DNA from: Hydrurus foetidus
Taxonomy: Eukaryota
DNA length: 64,000 nt
Direction: 5' to 3'
Assembly: GCA_900617105.1 (NCBI GenBank)
Contig: UYFQ01000473.1
Span: 1 to 64,000, forward strand
Below the pieces are notes generated by a model. It was not told the origin of the DNA, made no database searches, and was given only the letters and a program-made list of their open reading frames with translations. Position numbers and translations under genes: made by a program. The number at the start of each line of letters is the position of its first letter. Within the stretch, counting starts at the first letter, position 1. Shown piece by piece: positions 34,654-48,542 of this stretch.

Positions 34654-35000
34654 CGTAATTCGCACAGAAAGTGGACTTCCTACTGTCGAATAATTAAGGT
34701 TGTCTGTCGGTGTTGGCGAAGTACCAGGAGCTTGATACGACTTCCCTTTTCCCTTGCAGCATTCAGCATTCAGCACTGCACGCACGACGCACGGTTATCC
34801 GTTACATACTCACTCTGTACAGTACTGTAGACTACAGTCTACAGTCTGTGTAAATGTAACGAGTAACTTCAATACCGTCAGCTTTCAAAGGTTATTGTAG
34901 AATTAGGAAAGGTATGGAATGAGAGTGCGAGCGACAAGATGCCATTGTGAAGAAGGAAGAATATTTGCAGATAAAAAGCCGATCTTTTTTCTCCGGCGCG

Positions 35001-37295
35001 ATGCTTGACGCCAAGTTGGTATTAGAACCCACTGATGTTGCATATGTAGCCACAATTATCGGATTGATAGCTGGCGGTCGGAAGACTGTTGGAGCAATCG
35101 AATTCGCTAATTGTGCAGCCCCATTGCGGGTACTCTGCTTTCTCGGTGATAGACTTCAACTTCAGAGCATACAGCAGTATCCACGAGTCGAGTCCTTTCT
35201 AACTGATCTTTTGATATCTCTTACTGGGATATCGATCGGCAGTGTGCGACAGCAGAGTACTGTAGGCGATGAGTTCATTGGTATCATAAGGGTCATGCTC
35301 CTGAATCTAAGATCAATTGACGATTTTATTCACTTCTTTGATGGGATCCAGGATTTGTTTTTGAATGACAGTGCTGGTTCACCAAACGAAGCAATGGGTC
35401 CAACAAAATTATGTCTTGACAGCAGTTTGGGTATTTATTGCCGAACCTTAAGTGCGAAATGGGAATGTCTTTCCTTTGACCTGGTGTGCCAGCTTTTCGA
35501 ATCATTTACATCTTTTATGGGCCTTCATCCAAATCAAGAAGTTATAGAAGCCGTTAGAACTGCGTCACTGGAAGAACCTGTACGTGAAGGTGTTCATCTT
35601 TTTTTACAACAGGCCGAAGAGGCATCAAAGAATGGTGACGTCCATACAGCTGAGGGACTTCTTCATAGATATTTTGATTTTAATGGGAATGATCCGCTCC
35701 TTTCTGTTGCTTCAAAGTGTACCTCCGGATCTTCACCACAGCACGCACTGGCTGCACTTTGTCACGCCAATGACCCTCAATTCACAGGCACAAGACACCA
35801 ACAAGCACTACTTCAACTAGCATCTATGTGGAGCAGAAATGGACATTATCACTTAGCTATGGTTGCTGTGGAGGAAGCCATGAAAACAGCGCATCAGAGA
35901 GGTGACCACGGATCAGTGGCACGGGCCTTATTACTCCTCTACCATGTCGTGAGTGGACTCAATTCCTCTGACCAGAAGAGCTCTGTCATCGCAACAGTAG
36001 GGGCAGAGGAGGTGTTACGTAGATGTCTTGACAGGTGCTCAACTCTTGGTATGAATGCACTTGCATCTCAAGCTACAGTGCTTCTGGCTAGGCTTCTTTC
36101 CTCACGCCCCCTCTCATGGACACAGTCCAGCTTCACTAGTGATTTCTTCACTCCATCTGAGGATGATGTGGACATTCAGGCGACGGACAGCAGACACAGC
36201 AGGAGCAGGAGCAGCGTACAAAGGACTTGGACTTTGCTGCATTGCTCTCTTCTGGGCGATGCAAAGATGTGCGCCCTCCTATCTAGCAATGAGTCTACTC
36301 ACAGCACTGAATCAGCAGTGACAGCTCCACCCACTGCTGCAAAGGAGCTCTCTGCTGGACTCTCTTACGCGGAGTATCTGAGTATCCAGGCGCAGTGTGA
36401 TATAGCAGCGGTGCATTATTGGTCCCGTCTGGGTGTGCCCTTTCTAGCCGATCTTCAATGCAGACGAAGTCTACGCACCCTGAATGCGTGCAAGAGTGCA
36501 AAGATATCCAGTGAGTTGCTGATCAGTCTAAGCTGTCAGAAGGCAACCCTCACTGTGCAGAGTGCCTTCCAGGATCTCGATGACGCGATATTCGCTGACC
36601 CCACCTCAAGTGCTACCCGCGCAACTTGGACGGGGGTGGATTGTGCCCGTAAACAGGATGCATGTAAAGCGGCGATATCTATACTAAGACTCGCCACCTC
36701 CGTCACTGCTTCTAACTTTTCGGGCAAGTCTTCAAGTTACTCCTCGCATCAGATGAACAACGACATCTTAGTTGCAAGGACGCACATAGCAACACTGCAC
36801 TCCCTCATATCCATGCATGACGATGGATTCGACTTCTCAAAATCCCTCCGACTAGCGAGGCATTTTGTCACCCTCACTAGTTGTGACAGCTCAGCTATGG
36901 ATGGAGGGAGTTCTGTGGTTAGTGAGTATGAAGGAGTGCCTGCGAGGTTCATTGTAAGCGCTACTGCCCATCTCTTGTTGGCGAGAATTCTCCTTCTGGC
37001 TGATAGAGAAGAGGCACAAATGCTCTTACAACAACTGAAGGAATCCTTTGAGAATAGAAGATTGTTTCAACAGCTCGGTGAGGCAGCAGCCTTGAGTGCT
37101 ATGTCTTCGATATGTCGATGCCGTCTGGACAACACACACGACACTGCACTTAACCACAAAAGAAATCAAAATGCCATTCTGAAACTTCATCAAATACTTG
37201 CTACCGCTAAAAGTCGCCACTACCCTGCACTTGAGGGCCTTATTTGCAAGTACGTGGCGATTATCAGCACTTCTATTATCTATTCTACATCTTGA
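35001..37295 (+). CDS. ANAPC5: Anaphase-promoting complex subunit 5, intronless
   Basis: S.LGIYCR...LSFDLV..LF; LHRYFD; ALLQLA...GH...A..AVEEAMK.A.QRGD. Confidence 0.85.
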   Translation: MLDAKLVLEPTDVAYVATIIGLIAGGRKTVGAIEFANCAAPLRVLCFLGDRLQLQSIQQYPRVESFLTDLLISLTGISIGSVRQQSTVGDEFIGIIRVMLLNLRSIDDFIHFFDGIQDLFLNDSAGSPNEAMGPTKLCLDSSLGIYCRTLSAKWECLSFDLVCQLFESFTSFMGLHPNQEVIEAVRTASLEEPVREGVHLFLQQAEEASKNGDVHTAEGLLHRYFDFNGNDPLLSVASKCTSGSSPQHALAALCHANDPQFTGTRHQQALLQLASMWSRNGHYHLAMVAVEEAMKTAHQRGDHGSVARALLLLYHVVSGLNSSDQKSSVIATVGAEEVLRRCLDRCSTLGMNALASQATVLLARLLSSRPLSWTQSSFTSDFFTPSEDDVDIQATDSRHSRSRSSVQRTWTLLHCSLLGDAKMCALLSSNESTHSTESAVTAPPTAAKELSAGLSYAEYLSIQAQCDIAAVHYWSRLGVPFLADLQCRRSLRTLNACKSAKISSELLISLSCQKATLTVQSAFQDLDDAIFADPTSSATRATWTGVDCARKQDACKAAISILRLATSVTASNFSGKSSSYSSHQMNNDILVARTHIATLHSLISMHDDGFDFSKSLRLARHFVTLTSCDSSAMDGGSSVVSEYEGVPARFIVSATAHLLLARILLLADREEAQMLLQQLKESFENRRLFQQLGEAAALSAMSSICRCRLDNTHDTALNHKRNQNAILKLHQILATAKSRHYPALEGLICKYVAIISTSIIYSTS

Positions 37296-37921
37296 TCATC
37301 ACGCTGAAACTTTTGAGTAAGAGAATCTAATGATAAGATTACGATGGAGAATACAACATCCAGAGCGTTCTCTAGCTCTTTTATTTATCTGATATGAATA
37401 CTGGCATACCTGCATTGTCATCTGGGATTCTGTGTTGCACCACTCCCCACCCCAGTCAGGCGATCCTACTCCTACCTCCTGCACAAAGCTAGTTCAATTT
37501 TTTCCCTTATTCACGTAATCGTCCGATTGAGATGCGAGTGAAAGGATTGAATAAATAGGGTCCGAATCAGTCTAATCATCATTACGCCATCGCTAATTAT
37601 GCTTTCCAGCTAAGAATTCAATACTGAACAGGATTGAACAAGCAAGTTCATGTTGTATGTTGTCATGCGAGGTACAGTACACACCGTCGTCGTGTGGGGT
37701 GTGGGTTGTGGGTGCAGTGTGTGGCAGATGAACCGTTTCACAAAATGAAACGTCAGCATAGCATCCGAGGCGAAGCATCATGCTTAGAAGACTTTTAAGA
37801 ATGAAAAACAGCGGCACCAATTTGCAAATCTGATGAGAATTTCACAGTTGAAGATCATCAATGCTTTGTAGCTAGGCAGGTTTAATTTGCCTCAGTCTTC
37901 GTGATCGGATTCGCTCGAAAT

Positions 37922-40900
37922 ATGGCGACTTCGCTCCTCGACATGATGCCCCTAATTCCGCTACCTGGCGGTACTCAACTTCCTACTTCATCGCGGCCCA
38001 GAACCTCTGGAGGTTTCTCAACAGCGAGCACCACAAAAAAGAAGAAGAAAAAGGACCAAAATGTTCATTCACTCGAAGATGTTTTCAATCAAATTTCAAA
38101 CGCGACCACGTCTAGCATTAACGCACCACCTGCAAAGATTGTCTTAACTCCTCGAAGTGCGGAGGCATGTTTAAAACTCGGCGTGAATCCTGAGATATTA
38201 AGGATACGTGACATGGATTCATTCTGGGAGCCTGGAGGATTAGAAACAGTCGTACAGAGGATGCGACATGAAGCTTACGTGCAACGCCGACACGAAACTA
38301 TGAAACAATGCCGCGTCGAAAGAAAACGAATAACTAATGCTATTTTTGAGGCTGCTGGCGTGGGAGAAACAGTTGGAGAAGAAACAATTTCACCTGATTT
38401 ACTCCAGCAGAAGCAAAAAGCTCAAACATCAACTCTGATACAGGTTGAAATGAACAAAATAGTAAAAATGCAGCAGCGACAGGAGAAGGAGCTCGGACAA
38501 ATGATACAAGTATGTGAAGCGACAACGATTATCTCATGATAAATCTGATGACTTTGTCTCTTTTAATATCACCCTATTATCTACAATAGTATGAAATATC
38601 TCGCACCAGAGTTCAAGAAGAGATGAACCAGCGCATGGCAGATCAGAAACGTAGAGACGATCAGAATAAGCGACAAGCAGACAAGAGAAACAAACTTGCT
38701 TCAGAGGAGAGACGTTTGAAAGATTTGCAGAAAGCTGCCTTTGCTGAGGTAGTTTATTGATGAACACTTAATTAACCCTAAGTAAATAAATAGAGCAGTG
38801 TTTAACTGCTACATCACATTCTAAGCCGCATAGTCAATTTACTTACTTGCTGGCTTTGACTACCCCTATTCCACAACTAGGTTGAAGAGGAAAATAGACG
38901 AGCACTAGCTAAGGACATGAATGAGAAGGACAGATCTCTCGCAGAACACCGGATAAGAAAAGAACAGGAACAACGAAGGAAGATTCAAGAAGAAGAATCG
39001 GACCGAACAAAACGAGCTGAAGAACATAAGGTAACAATAATTATTCAATATCAACTAAGTTCTTCTTTTATTTTCCCTTGCATGCCAGTCAAGCAGAGTT
39101 ATTTAATTTTTTCTCTGTGCTATGGTTCCTATGATGTCAACTCTCTGTCCAATTTTTGTCCCATCATCACCTGATCCCCTTCTCTGCTTTTTATTCCTTT
39201 ACCTTTTATCTTAGTATCAAGTTCAGAAATATTTTGCTGACGAGCAGGCCAAGTTAAGAGAAAGATTAGAGAGCATGACATTCACGTGAGTTATTTAATC
39301 TTTTTTTAGCCGATGATAATGCACTACTGACACATCCATCCATCTATCAGTACGTGCTGCATTTGTAAACGTCATGCCGCTTGCTCAATCTTAAGAGAGC
39401 TTTCTGAGTGTCACGGTATAACATCACACGAATCCAGTAGATATACGATGTACTATCATATTATGCACCGTGCTCAATGCAAATGATTATTTTGAACTTC
39501 AACACACGCAGAGAGAGGAAGAAACAAGAAGCCTTGATGGTGAAGCAGAAAGAACATGCTGACCAGGTTAGGGAGAGAAGAAGCAGAACAGAAAAACGCA
39601 TTGAACAGAATATGAGCATGGCTGACCGAATGGAAGAAAAAAGAAAAACGGATTTTCTAGATAAACAAGAGCATTTTGAACGGATCAGACAGGCTCATCT
39701 ACAGCAGCAAGAGCAAGACAGGTGAGGCACATACTATATTACAAAATTCACTTCGATGCATCTATCTATCTGTCAAAGCGACTGTGTGTGTGACTGTCTG
39801 TCCGAAGACTACGATATTCATGCTGTGCTGCACTCAACGTCACTAGTGAGCGTACTTTCAGATTTCATCATTGTCACTCAACCATGCAATCTCTCTAATC
39901 ACTGCATGGTATGTCGTACTGCATCGCCCTTATTTAGTGGATATGATATGATGTACCTCTGCTGGGCACATTTGTGCTGATCTTCGTTTGTTCTGCTGTG
40001 AATCTTCTCTCTAGAACATTCCAATTCCACTCCTGACTGACCTACATTGCACATCGCTAACACAGCACTAACAAACACACACCAACTTAGCTCAGCACTC
40101 TTTCATTAACGCACTCACTCGCTCAGCCACTCTAACACGCAGTCACACTATCTTACACCGTATCACTCCCTCTCACTCTTTCTTCGTATTCGTTAGGATG
40201 CTCCACATGCAAGAGATGGCTCTCCAAGACCAAAGGAGACAAATGATCATCATACATCAACGTAGAGAAGAAGAGAGAGCCGCGCAGAGACTGCTTGGAA
40301 AATTTGAGGAGGATGAAGAACACCTTTTGGTAAGTCAAAGAATCGAACCTTCGACCCACAGCTTTTTTCACATTATTTTTATCAATATTTGATGGTGATA
40401 TTGAGTTCATGTGTGTACTAAATAGACAAGAGCTCTGTTGCGATGGTTTGGCATTAGATGTCATGGCCATCATTGTTCCTCCTTAGTCTTCACTTGGATT
40501 TCATCTTCCCCTACTGAACCTCTTCTCACCTTCCCCCCTATCTAATCCCCCCATTGTATCAAGGCTGTGCAAGAGATGAGGGACAGAGAACAAAATCTTC
40601 ACAGGGAGAAGAAAAACATTCGCGTGCAAATGAAATCGGAGAATGTCGAAAGGGTCTTGCGGCAAGGGGAATACAAGAAATCCCTTACCCTGAAGAAAAT
40701 TGAGAACTGTGACAGGTATACTTTCTGCTACTGCACTGTTGTGCGATGCAAAGTGCAGTGATGTGATGGATTGTACAGTGTTCTTTTGTACAACGCTCTA
40801 CTGTAAATGAATATGCTAAGACGTGATGCGATGTGATATGATGTGCTATACAGTGCCTCATGACCATATTCGACTATGGTGTAATGATCTGCGCTGGCCG

Positions 40901-41911
40901 ATTTCTGTCAATTAGAATGGCCCCAAGCTGAGCCGCACATAGCTGCAAGCTGAAGTGATGTATTAGAGATCCTTCTCTAGTTGCAGAGGAATTGCGGAAG
41001 AGTTTCATCCCCTTCCTTCATCCCATAGCTTCCCTCCCCCAACACTATATTTAAAACCACTTTTTCCTTGGTCGTGTATGTTACAGTCGAATCAAGAACA
41101 TGCTATGTCAGAGACAGACCCTCACAGAAGAGCGCAGGAAGGCAGCCGCTGCATTACGGATACAGAGGGAAAACGTCTCCAAAATAATGGACGAAGTGCG
41201 GAGTGACGCGAGCAAGGCAAACCGTATAATATCTATGGCTATGTCAGGCAAATTGCCACTGCAGGACATCGCAAGGGGCAATGTCGTGTTAAGAGGAGCT
41301 AGTGCCAACGGTGCCAAGAAGAAGAAAAGTGAGTGCTTATGATTGCTACTCCTCTTTTTTTTCTTGATTCTTTCTTCATTTTTTCCCCTTTCTTTCTGTC
41401 TGTCTTTCTTTCTTTCTCTCTTTCTGTGAATTATTGAAATTATTTGGTATGCACTGTGTCGACCCATCTCTCGATCCTCTTTTTCCTTCCTTACTACTGT
41501 TTGCCATTCCCACCCTAAACGCAACAAATAGCACTGCCATATCCCCTCGCCTGAATCACCTCTACCCTTTTTTCCTGACGTGTCGTAGGTTCTAAGTCCA
41601 AGCGCAGTCGGTCTCTCACGCACATGATCGGACTCTCAGACAGAGACCGCACCACGAAGTCAGCGGGAGAGGAGCCAGACTATTCCTTCGAGGAATTCAA
41701 CGAGCTAGAAGAAGGTGTATCGCATCCTGACTATCATGGCTATAGATTGTTCCATTTCTTGAGATGAGAGTTGATCTGTATAATGATCATTTCCTGTCTG
41801 TATTTTTGAAAATTCTCAGGTCCAGGGACCGTATTCATGACCGCAGAAGAGGCTGCTCGGTCGGTTCCCTTACCGTACATATCACCCTATGAGATACCGG
41901 TGATATTCTGA
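37922..41911 (+). CDS. Hypothetical coiled-coil protein, multi-exon
   Basis: N-terminal TPRSAEACLKLGVNPE.L motif followed by many E/K/R/Q-rich exons with GT-AG borders. Confidence 0.75.
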
Positions 41912-42327
41912 TAGATGCGTATGAACGTTCTTTGAACAAAACGGATTCGACATCCAAGATTTTGTCGCTTTATAGTCCGTTGTTTTTTATAACAATCAAT
42001 GAAAATGATTTCTATTTGTCGTGTGTATCATATCAAGTCTATATTTATCCAATAGATTGTCAAGTTTTGAATCCAACAACCAAACGTTGTTCCTCCTGCG
42101 TTGTATTTGTACAGCAATACATTATATATTATCCTAACTGATCCAGATGACAGATACTTTTTGCCCTTTGGGGCAGCTTTGATGACCACAAACATCATGT
42201 GCATGCGTACTACTGCTACACACCACTTTACACTTCTCTCATTTTGAAGTGGAGTAAAGTTGTCAAGAAACATCAGTAAACTTCATCAGTTCCGTCGGCT
42301 GCTTCTTCAACTGCGAGACATTACGTC

Positions 42328-44016
42328 GTGGAATCCGTTTTTGATCGTCGATTTATCCCGTCTGAGAACTTTTCTCGTTCAAGCGAATCCGCTAACTTGA
42401 ACGAGAAAATGAGATCTAGAATTAAAGATTTCTCAATGAGGAAGCCTACAGCAGTTTCGCTGCAAGACCTATACCGTTACAATCTTCATAATGATCCTGC
42501 TCAAAGACTCAGAAATGCGCAGTTCCTGCATAAAGAAATTCCGATTCGTCTGGCCCAAAGGATTGAGGAACTGTCATCTTTACCATTTGGTTTGGCTGAG
42601 AAAAGAGGCATCGTAGAAGTAAAAGAAGCTTTCGCAAGGGGATTTGAGGAACTTTTGAGAATGCAAGCACCTCAGACGTTGCAAGAAGAAGACTTGTTTA
42701 CTGGGGTACTAAAATCCATTCTACAGGACAACACAAGTGTTATCAAATGTATGGCTCTTGGCGTTCTGGAGGTTAAGTCTGAGATGGGACCTCTCTTGAC
42801 ACCTATTAGAAGTGCAGCATTAGACACTTATCTGAATCGATTCTTCATGGCAAGGATCGGATTGCGCTTCTTATTAGAACATCATATCACCTCGAAGAAT
42901 AACGCAGAGGGATTCAGTGGAATCATTCAATCAAACTGCAATCCGATGGTGGTCGCTCGGGATGCTGCCGATGATTCTATGCAACTGTGCGAGACACATT
43001 ACGGTGACACTCCACTCGTTAGGATTCAATCACCGAACCCGAACGAAACGTTCACATACGTGCCTGCGCATCTCCACTACATACTTTCAGAACTTCTCAA
43101 AAATGCACTTCGCGCAACAGTTAATTTTCACGGTGTGAATGCTGAGCTTCATCCAGTAGATGTAGTGATAGCCAGGGGCAGATCAGATGTGACAATAAAG
43201 ATAAGTGACAGAGGTGGAGGGATACCGTTTGACAAGGTACTACCACTATTCGTTATCAGATCAGTCGGTACATGATACAATATCACACTTGCTAGGATTT
43301 TACTGACACATTAAGATTGCTTTTTTCTTGGATACATCAATGAGCGTTCATTCACATATTAGATATTGTTGTTATGTGAGCGTGAAATTCACCTACCACT
43401 TACTCAAAATATCTCACCCTCTGAATGATCTTCTCTTCTCTGTAGAGCGATCTTATCTGGACGTACTGTATGACGTCATCCGCCACTGACGTGTCTGAGA
43501 CCCCTCGATTCAAGTCAGCTTCTATGTCGGTTATACAGGGCCAGGCGCCTTCTCTCTCAGGTGTGTACGTACATACGTACTTCATTTTTCGTGTGTGGTT
43601 GTACAGCATTATATCGAATCTCTCTAAGTGGGTTACTGTGTCGACTCCATCTTGGAATGATGCGGATTATCTTTGTTTACACTGTCCGCAGAAGACTCGA
43701 TAATGCTTGGTTTGAAAACATGCATTCTTTTTTCTTTCTCTCTTTAGAAAGGAAAATTGCATGAAGTCTGTTTCATTGAGTGGACAAACATCATCATTAT
43801 GATTATTTTAATTACCATTATACCGTAGGTTACGGTTGTGGATTGCCTTTAGCCCGTCTTTACTCCCAATATTTCGGAGGGGGGCTGGATGTAAAGAGCA
43901 TGGAGGGATTTGGAACGGACTCGTACTGTCATCTAAACTGGCTGGGGAATAACTGTGAAAATCTTCCCTTAGGGGTTACGAGTAGTCCTGCTGAGAGGGA
44001 CTCTAGTCTCTATTGA
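42328..44016 (+). CDS. PDK: Mitochondrial pyruvate (or branched-chain ketoacid) dehydrogenase kinase; start uncertain
   Basis: EIPIRLAQR, FFMARIGLRFL, ELLKNALRAT, ISDRGGGIP, GYGCGLPLARLY..YFGG, MEGFGTD. Confidence 0.93.
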
Positions 44017-45195
44017 AGGGATAGGGAATTGCTCTGAAACGTTTGGAGGCATTAAGTGTCCTTCTCTTTTCTTTCTTTTTGTATCATTCACAAAGATTAG
44101 TAGATAGATCGATGGGAGAGTGGAACAGGAGGATGGATTAGGTGAAACTACTGGAGTAGGGTAGTGGCAAATGAATACTGGGATGGGATAGGATAGGATC
44201 AGATCGGATCATCGCATTATGTCCGGTACAGTATACGATGGATGGATGAGAGAATAGGAGATGATAGGATAGGATGTCGTGGAGTTGGACAAAATAGAAT
44301 GTGAGAATTTTTTTAGGAGTGGGTGATGGATTTCCATCATCTACTCCTCTATTAGGATCTTACATGTGATACTGCAGAGACTATATGCGCGAGAAGCAGA
44401 AAAAGAGGAAATAGGAGGAAGTGGAACCGGAACAGAACGATATCTTGCATCTGAACAACATCTCATTCCAATGCATGACACACACGCGATAAAATACGAC
44501 TGAAAGGATATTCAAAAAGTGTCCTTGCTTCTGCTCTGAACGAATATACATTGCCCCTAGCAACTCAATTTTCTGTGAGCACTAAGCGTCTGGTTCGGCT
44601 ATCCCATTGTTTGTTCTCACTCACATACTGAAGCGTCTTAGATTTTATGTTTGTACTATATGTAACTATTGTCATGCTTGTATTTAACATCAATTGAACA
44701 CTTCGTAGCCTTCAAAAGAAGCGGTTGTCTCGAGCGTCAATCACATCATGGGATGGAACACGCAGTTTACTCTTGCTTAAAAGATAGCTCAATTAGATGA
44801 CTTCACTGATGCACTGTTTGGCGATGCGTAACATTTAGCGGTAAAAAAATGATTATTGATGATTACTAATTACTTTTGTTTTATGAAGCTAAAATAGGAG
44901 GCACTTCTGGTAGTCTCTTTACATTCGTTCTATTTACCAAACTGCCTACACAACATCCATGCAAGTGGGGACAGTCAGACTCGCAAGTACCTTCGTACAA
45001 TATTTAGGTAGAAGATTACACATTTTAGGAACCTCATTAAATGTGTTATGTGTACCTATTGAGGAGTTGAGTTTTCAATTCTGTGCACTTCTTACTGCAT
45101 GAAGTGCTGAAAGGTTTTAGCGTCGACCTCGTCACCATGATGACGAACATTTGATCGCGATGAATTCCTCGAGAGGTCGGTAAGGAAAGATAACA

Positions 45196-48100
45196 ATGGC
45201 AGACGAAATCGAAAAGGAATTCGAGGCACAAGTTGAGGCTTTAAGCTGCATTGAAGAATTGAAGAAAGAAAAGGAAGAGCTTATCAGTAACAGAGCATCG
45301 AATTTTCCAAATGTAGTTTCCATCTCACGAAAGTTGCATGAAGCAAACAAAAAGCAGCTCAAATCTGATCTAAAGAAGACAACGGCTTTTGTTAAAAAGA
45401 TTCGATCTATCAATACTGAAGGGTTACAACAATGTATTCGGGACACAGAAACTTTGAATCTCACTCTCTACATATCAGAGATTGTTGGGGCTATCGTTGA
45501 AACTGCGTACAAGGCAACCGATGTTCCTAGTATGGTGAAGCTTTGTGTCGATCTGCACAGACGATATGAAGAGTTCACGGCTCCACTCTTGAGTGGATTG
45601 CGAAGTGCTCTATTCACAGCTCCGGCTGAGGATGATCAAGGTGATGTTACTTCTGTAGATTAGCCCTGCACACGAGACACCATCATATCTGACATAATAA
45701 TATAAACATGCTGACAAAAGGTGCCGGCAAAAGGAAGCGAATCCAAATCAGACTTGTAATAGAACTATTTCAAGTTGGGATATGTCTTGACGATGAGCTC
45801 TTCTGTCAATTACTCCGCCTTCTGGTGGGCAAAGTCAAAGGGTAGGTAACCCTCAGCAGTGCGAGGATATAATTTGGTTCGAAATTTGGTTCGATATAAC
45901 AGTGTAAACAAAGTGTGATATGACATTCCTAACACTGTGCGTCACGTCTCATGAATATTCCTAGGGATGCATCCAAGCAACCCATGGACCTTCTTGGACT
46001 GGCAACTTTTGTCAAGTATGGATCAGAGAGCTTGCTAGGATTCGCTTCACGCCGCATGCATCAACTGGCGAGACAGGCATCGAAATCTGTGAGGTGAAAC
46101 TCATCACTGCTATTATCGCTTACTGGAAATATCAGGCACGCAGCAAGTATCATTACACAGAACTGGGACGTACTCTTCTCTGTCAATTTCATTTCTTGAG
46201 CCGAGTGACATTCATCAATACTAATTACACTCTTCCTGCACATCCTTGTATGCATTTCAGTGAGATGCCCGTTAAGCTCCTTACATCCCACAAAGCATAT
46301 TCCGAGATGAGTGCAGAAGTGTCCGCGGTCTACCAGCAGCTAACAGTTGATCTTGCAAAAGCACACAGAGACTTCAAGTCGAGGGAGAAGAGAAATGAGA
46401 AGGACAAACTCATCCACGGAACCATCTCGGATCAGAAACAAGCAGAGCTGGAGGGTGCTAAGAGGCTCTTTGAGAAGTTGTTTGCAGCGGTCAGCGGATT
46501 AGCGGATGCTACTGGTGGTGAAATGCCCGTCCTGAGGGTAAGAGTAGTCATGACTTCAATGTATTGATGTATTCACACTGCTGTTACTTTCTCTCTCACT
46601 CTCTTTTTCTTTCTTTCTGTCTCTCTCGTCATATATGTATATATATAACTATCTCCTTCTCTCTCTATCCCTACAGGAACCTCCCTCTCTCTCACGCACA
46701 CTCTCACACACACGCATACATGCACTTTCATCTCCTGCATCGCATCAAACGATAATCATACCCTCTCATACAATTTCACGCCCCAACAGGAAGACAAAGA
46801 TGACGAGGATGCAGGGCGGGGGTCACTCTCTGTTTGGGACGCCGGATCCGGCACGGGGGTCGGGGACTACGGTCCCTTTGGGGATGCGGAGTCCCGTTCT
46901 TTCTACGAGGATCTACCGGATCTCCTTGCTATGGTTCCTTTGAGTGCACTGGGTCTCTCTCCCGATCAGGTGTGACGTGGTGTCATTGTATAGGACGGGT
47001 AGTGGTGTAGTGTGATTGTTGGGTTTTGCATGGCTCGCGTTTTGAAGTGCTGTTGTTTGTGTAACACTGCTTGTCATGACGTTGTGGTGTGTTGTCAAGT
47101 AGAGTAGTGTAGCACGGTTAAGAGCAGTACGGTTTGATTTTGTGTCGTACAGTACTGAACGAAAGAAAACAGTATATTATTTTAAATAGTGTAGTATGGT
47201 ATAGTACAGTGCAGTATAGCACAGTGTAACATAGTATGGCACTGCATATTGCGATTTGACACAGGAAGGCGGGGGACCTTGTTTATATTAATCTACGCAG
47301 CACTTAATTTATTTGATAGCTTCGACGCACTCACGTATCTCAGCTCGGCAATAACACACACTTACAACTACTACTCAACATCAGCATTGTGGTTATTTTC
47401 CTGAACTGTCCTGTCTGTGCCACTCGAGCGATCTTCTGACCATGTAATCTCTATGTTTGCCCTTTGAAGGCTGCGGCTATGAGGGAGGAGTGGAAGACTT
47501 TCAAGGAGAACGTCTACACCGGGGGACAGGAAGACAGCGAGGCGGACAGCGCTGCGGAACTCCAGGTTTTGTTTTCTTCAACATCTTTCCACTTCAATGT
47601 CTTATGAGCTGCGATGTGTTGCGATAGTGTACTTTTTTGCCCGATACTGTATTATAATGTGTTGTGTTGTATTTAACTGTGCTGTACTGTACTGTGATGT
47701 GATGTGATGTGATGTAATGCATCATGTTGATCTGTATTTTTCTCTAGTAATTGACTTGTAGACTGTCACACTCAATCACATACGATAATCTGATAGCATG
47801 GCATCCAAGTGCTGTCAAGAAATAATCTACCTGTCTATGCTGTGATATCCCAATGTGACATCACGTATCTTGTCATCACTTTTATCGTGTGTTAGGAAAG
47901 TGAGGCATCTGCCAATGAGGATATAGAGAGAGAAAGAGCTACGAATCTGGAACTAGACGACTCCGAAGACTCTGTGAAGATTTCCATTGATGAGAGGGAC
48001 AGAGAGAAAGCAGCGGTGGAGGAGGAAAGAGAAGATAACCCACAGGTCAGTCAGTGTTCTAAATTATTTAGCTGTAAGAACAGAGCTTCAACTATTTCTG

Positions 48101-48486
48101 TATTCTGTACTACACATACTTCTCTCTTCTTTCTGAGCCAAACATTTCTTTCTGTTGATTTTCCGACAATTGTATCTATCATTTCTTTTTTATCGTCGCT
48201 AACATCGTTACTTCTTTCAACTCTGTTTCTGCATGTACTCCACAGGCCAGAGTACTCTTGCTTCTTCAGGAAAAGCTTCCAGAATGTTCCAACAAACAAA
48301 GATGTGATGAGTTCTGCACCAGTTTTTGCTATCTAAACAGCAAGGGAGCGAGGAAGAAATTGGTACAGGCGCTCATCAAGTTGCCTAGATCACGGCTTGA
48401 TCTGACTTCTACCTACTCCAGGTAACTGTCGACGGCCAATGGAGCGCATTGTTCGATACGTTAATCTCTGCATTCCTCTATCTCAA

Positions 48487-48542
<56 letters not shown>

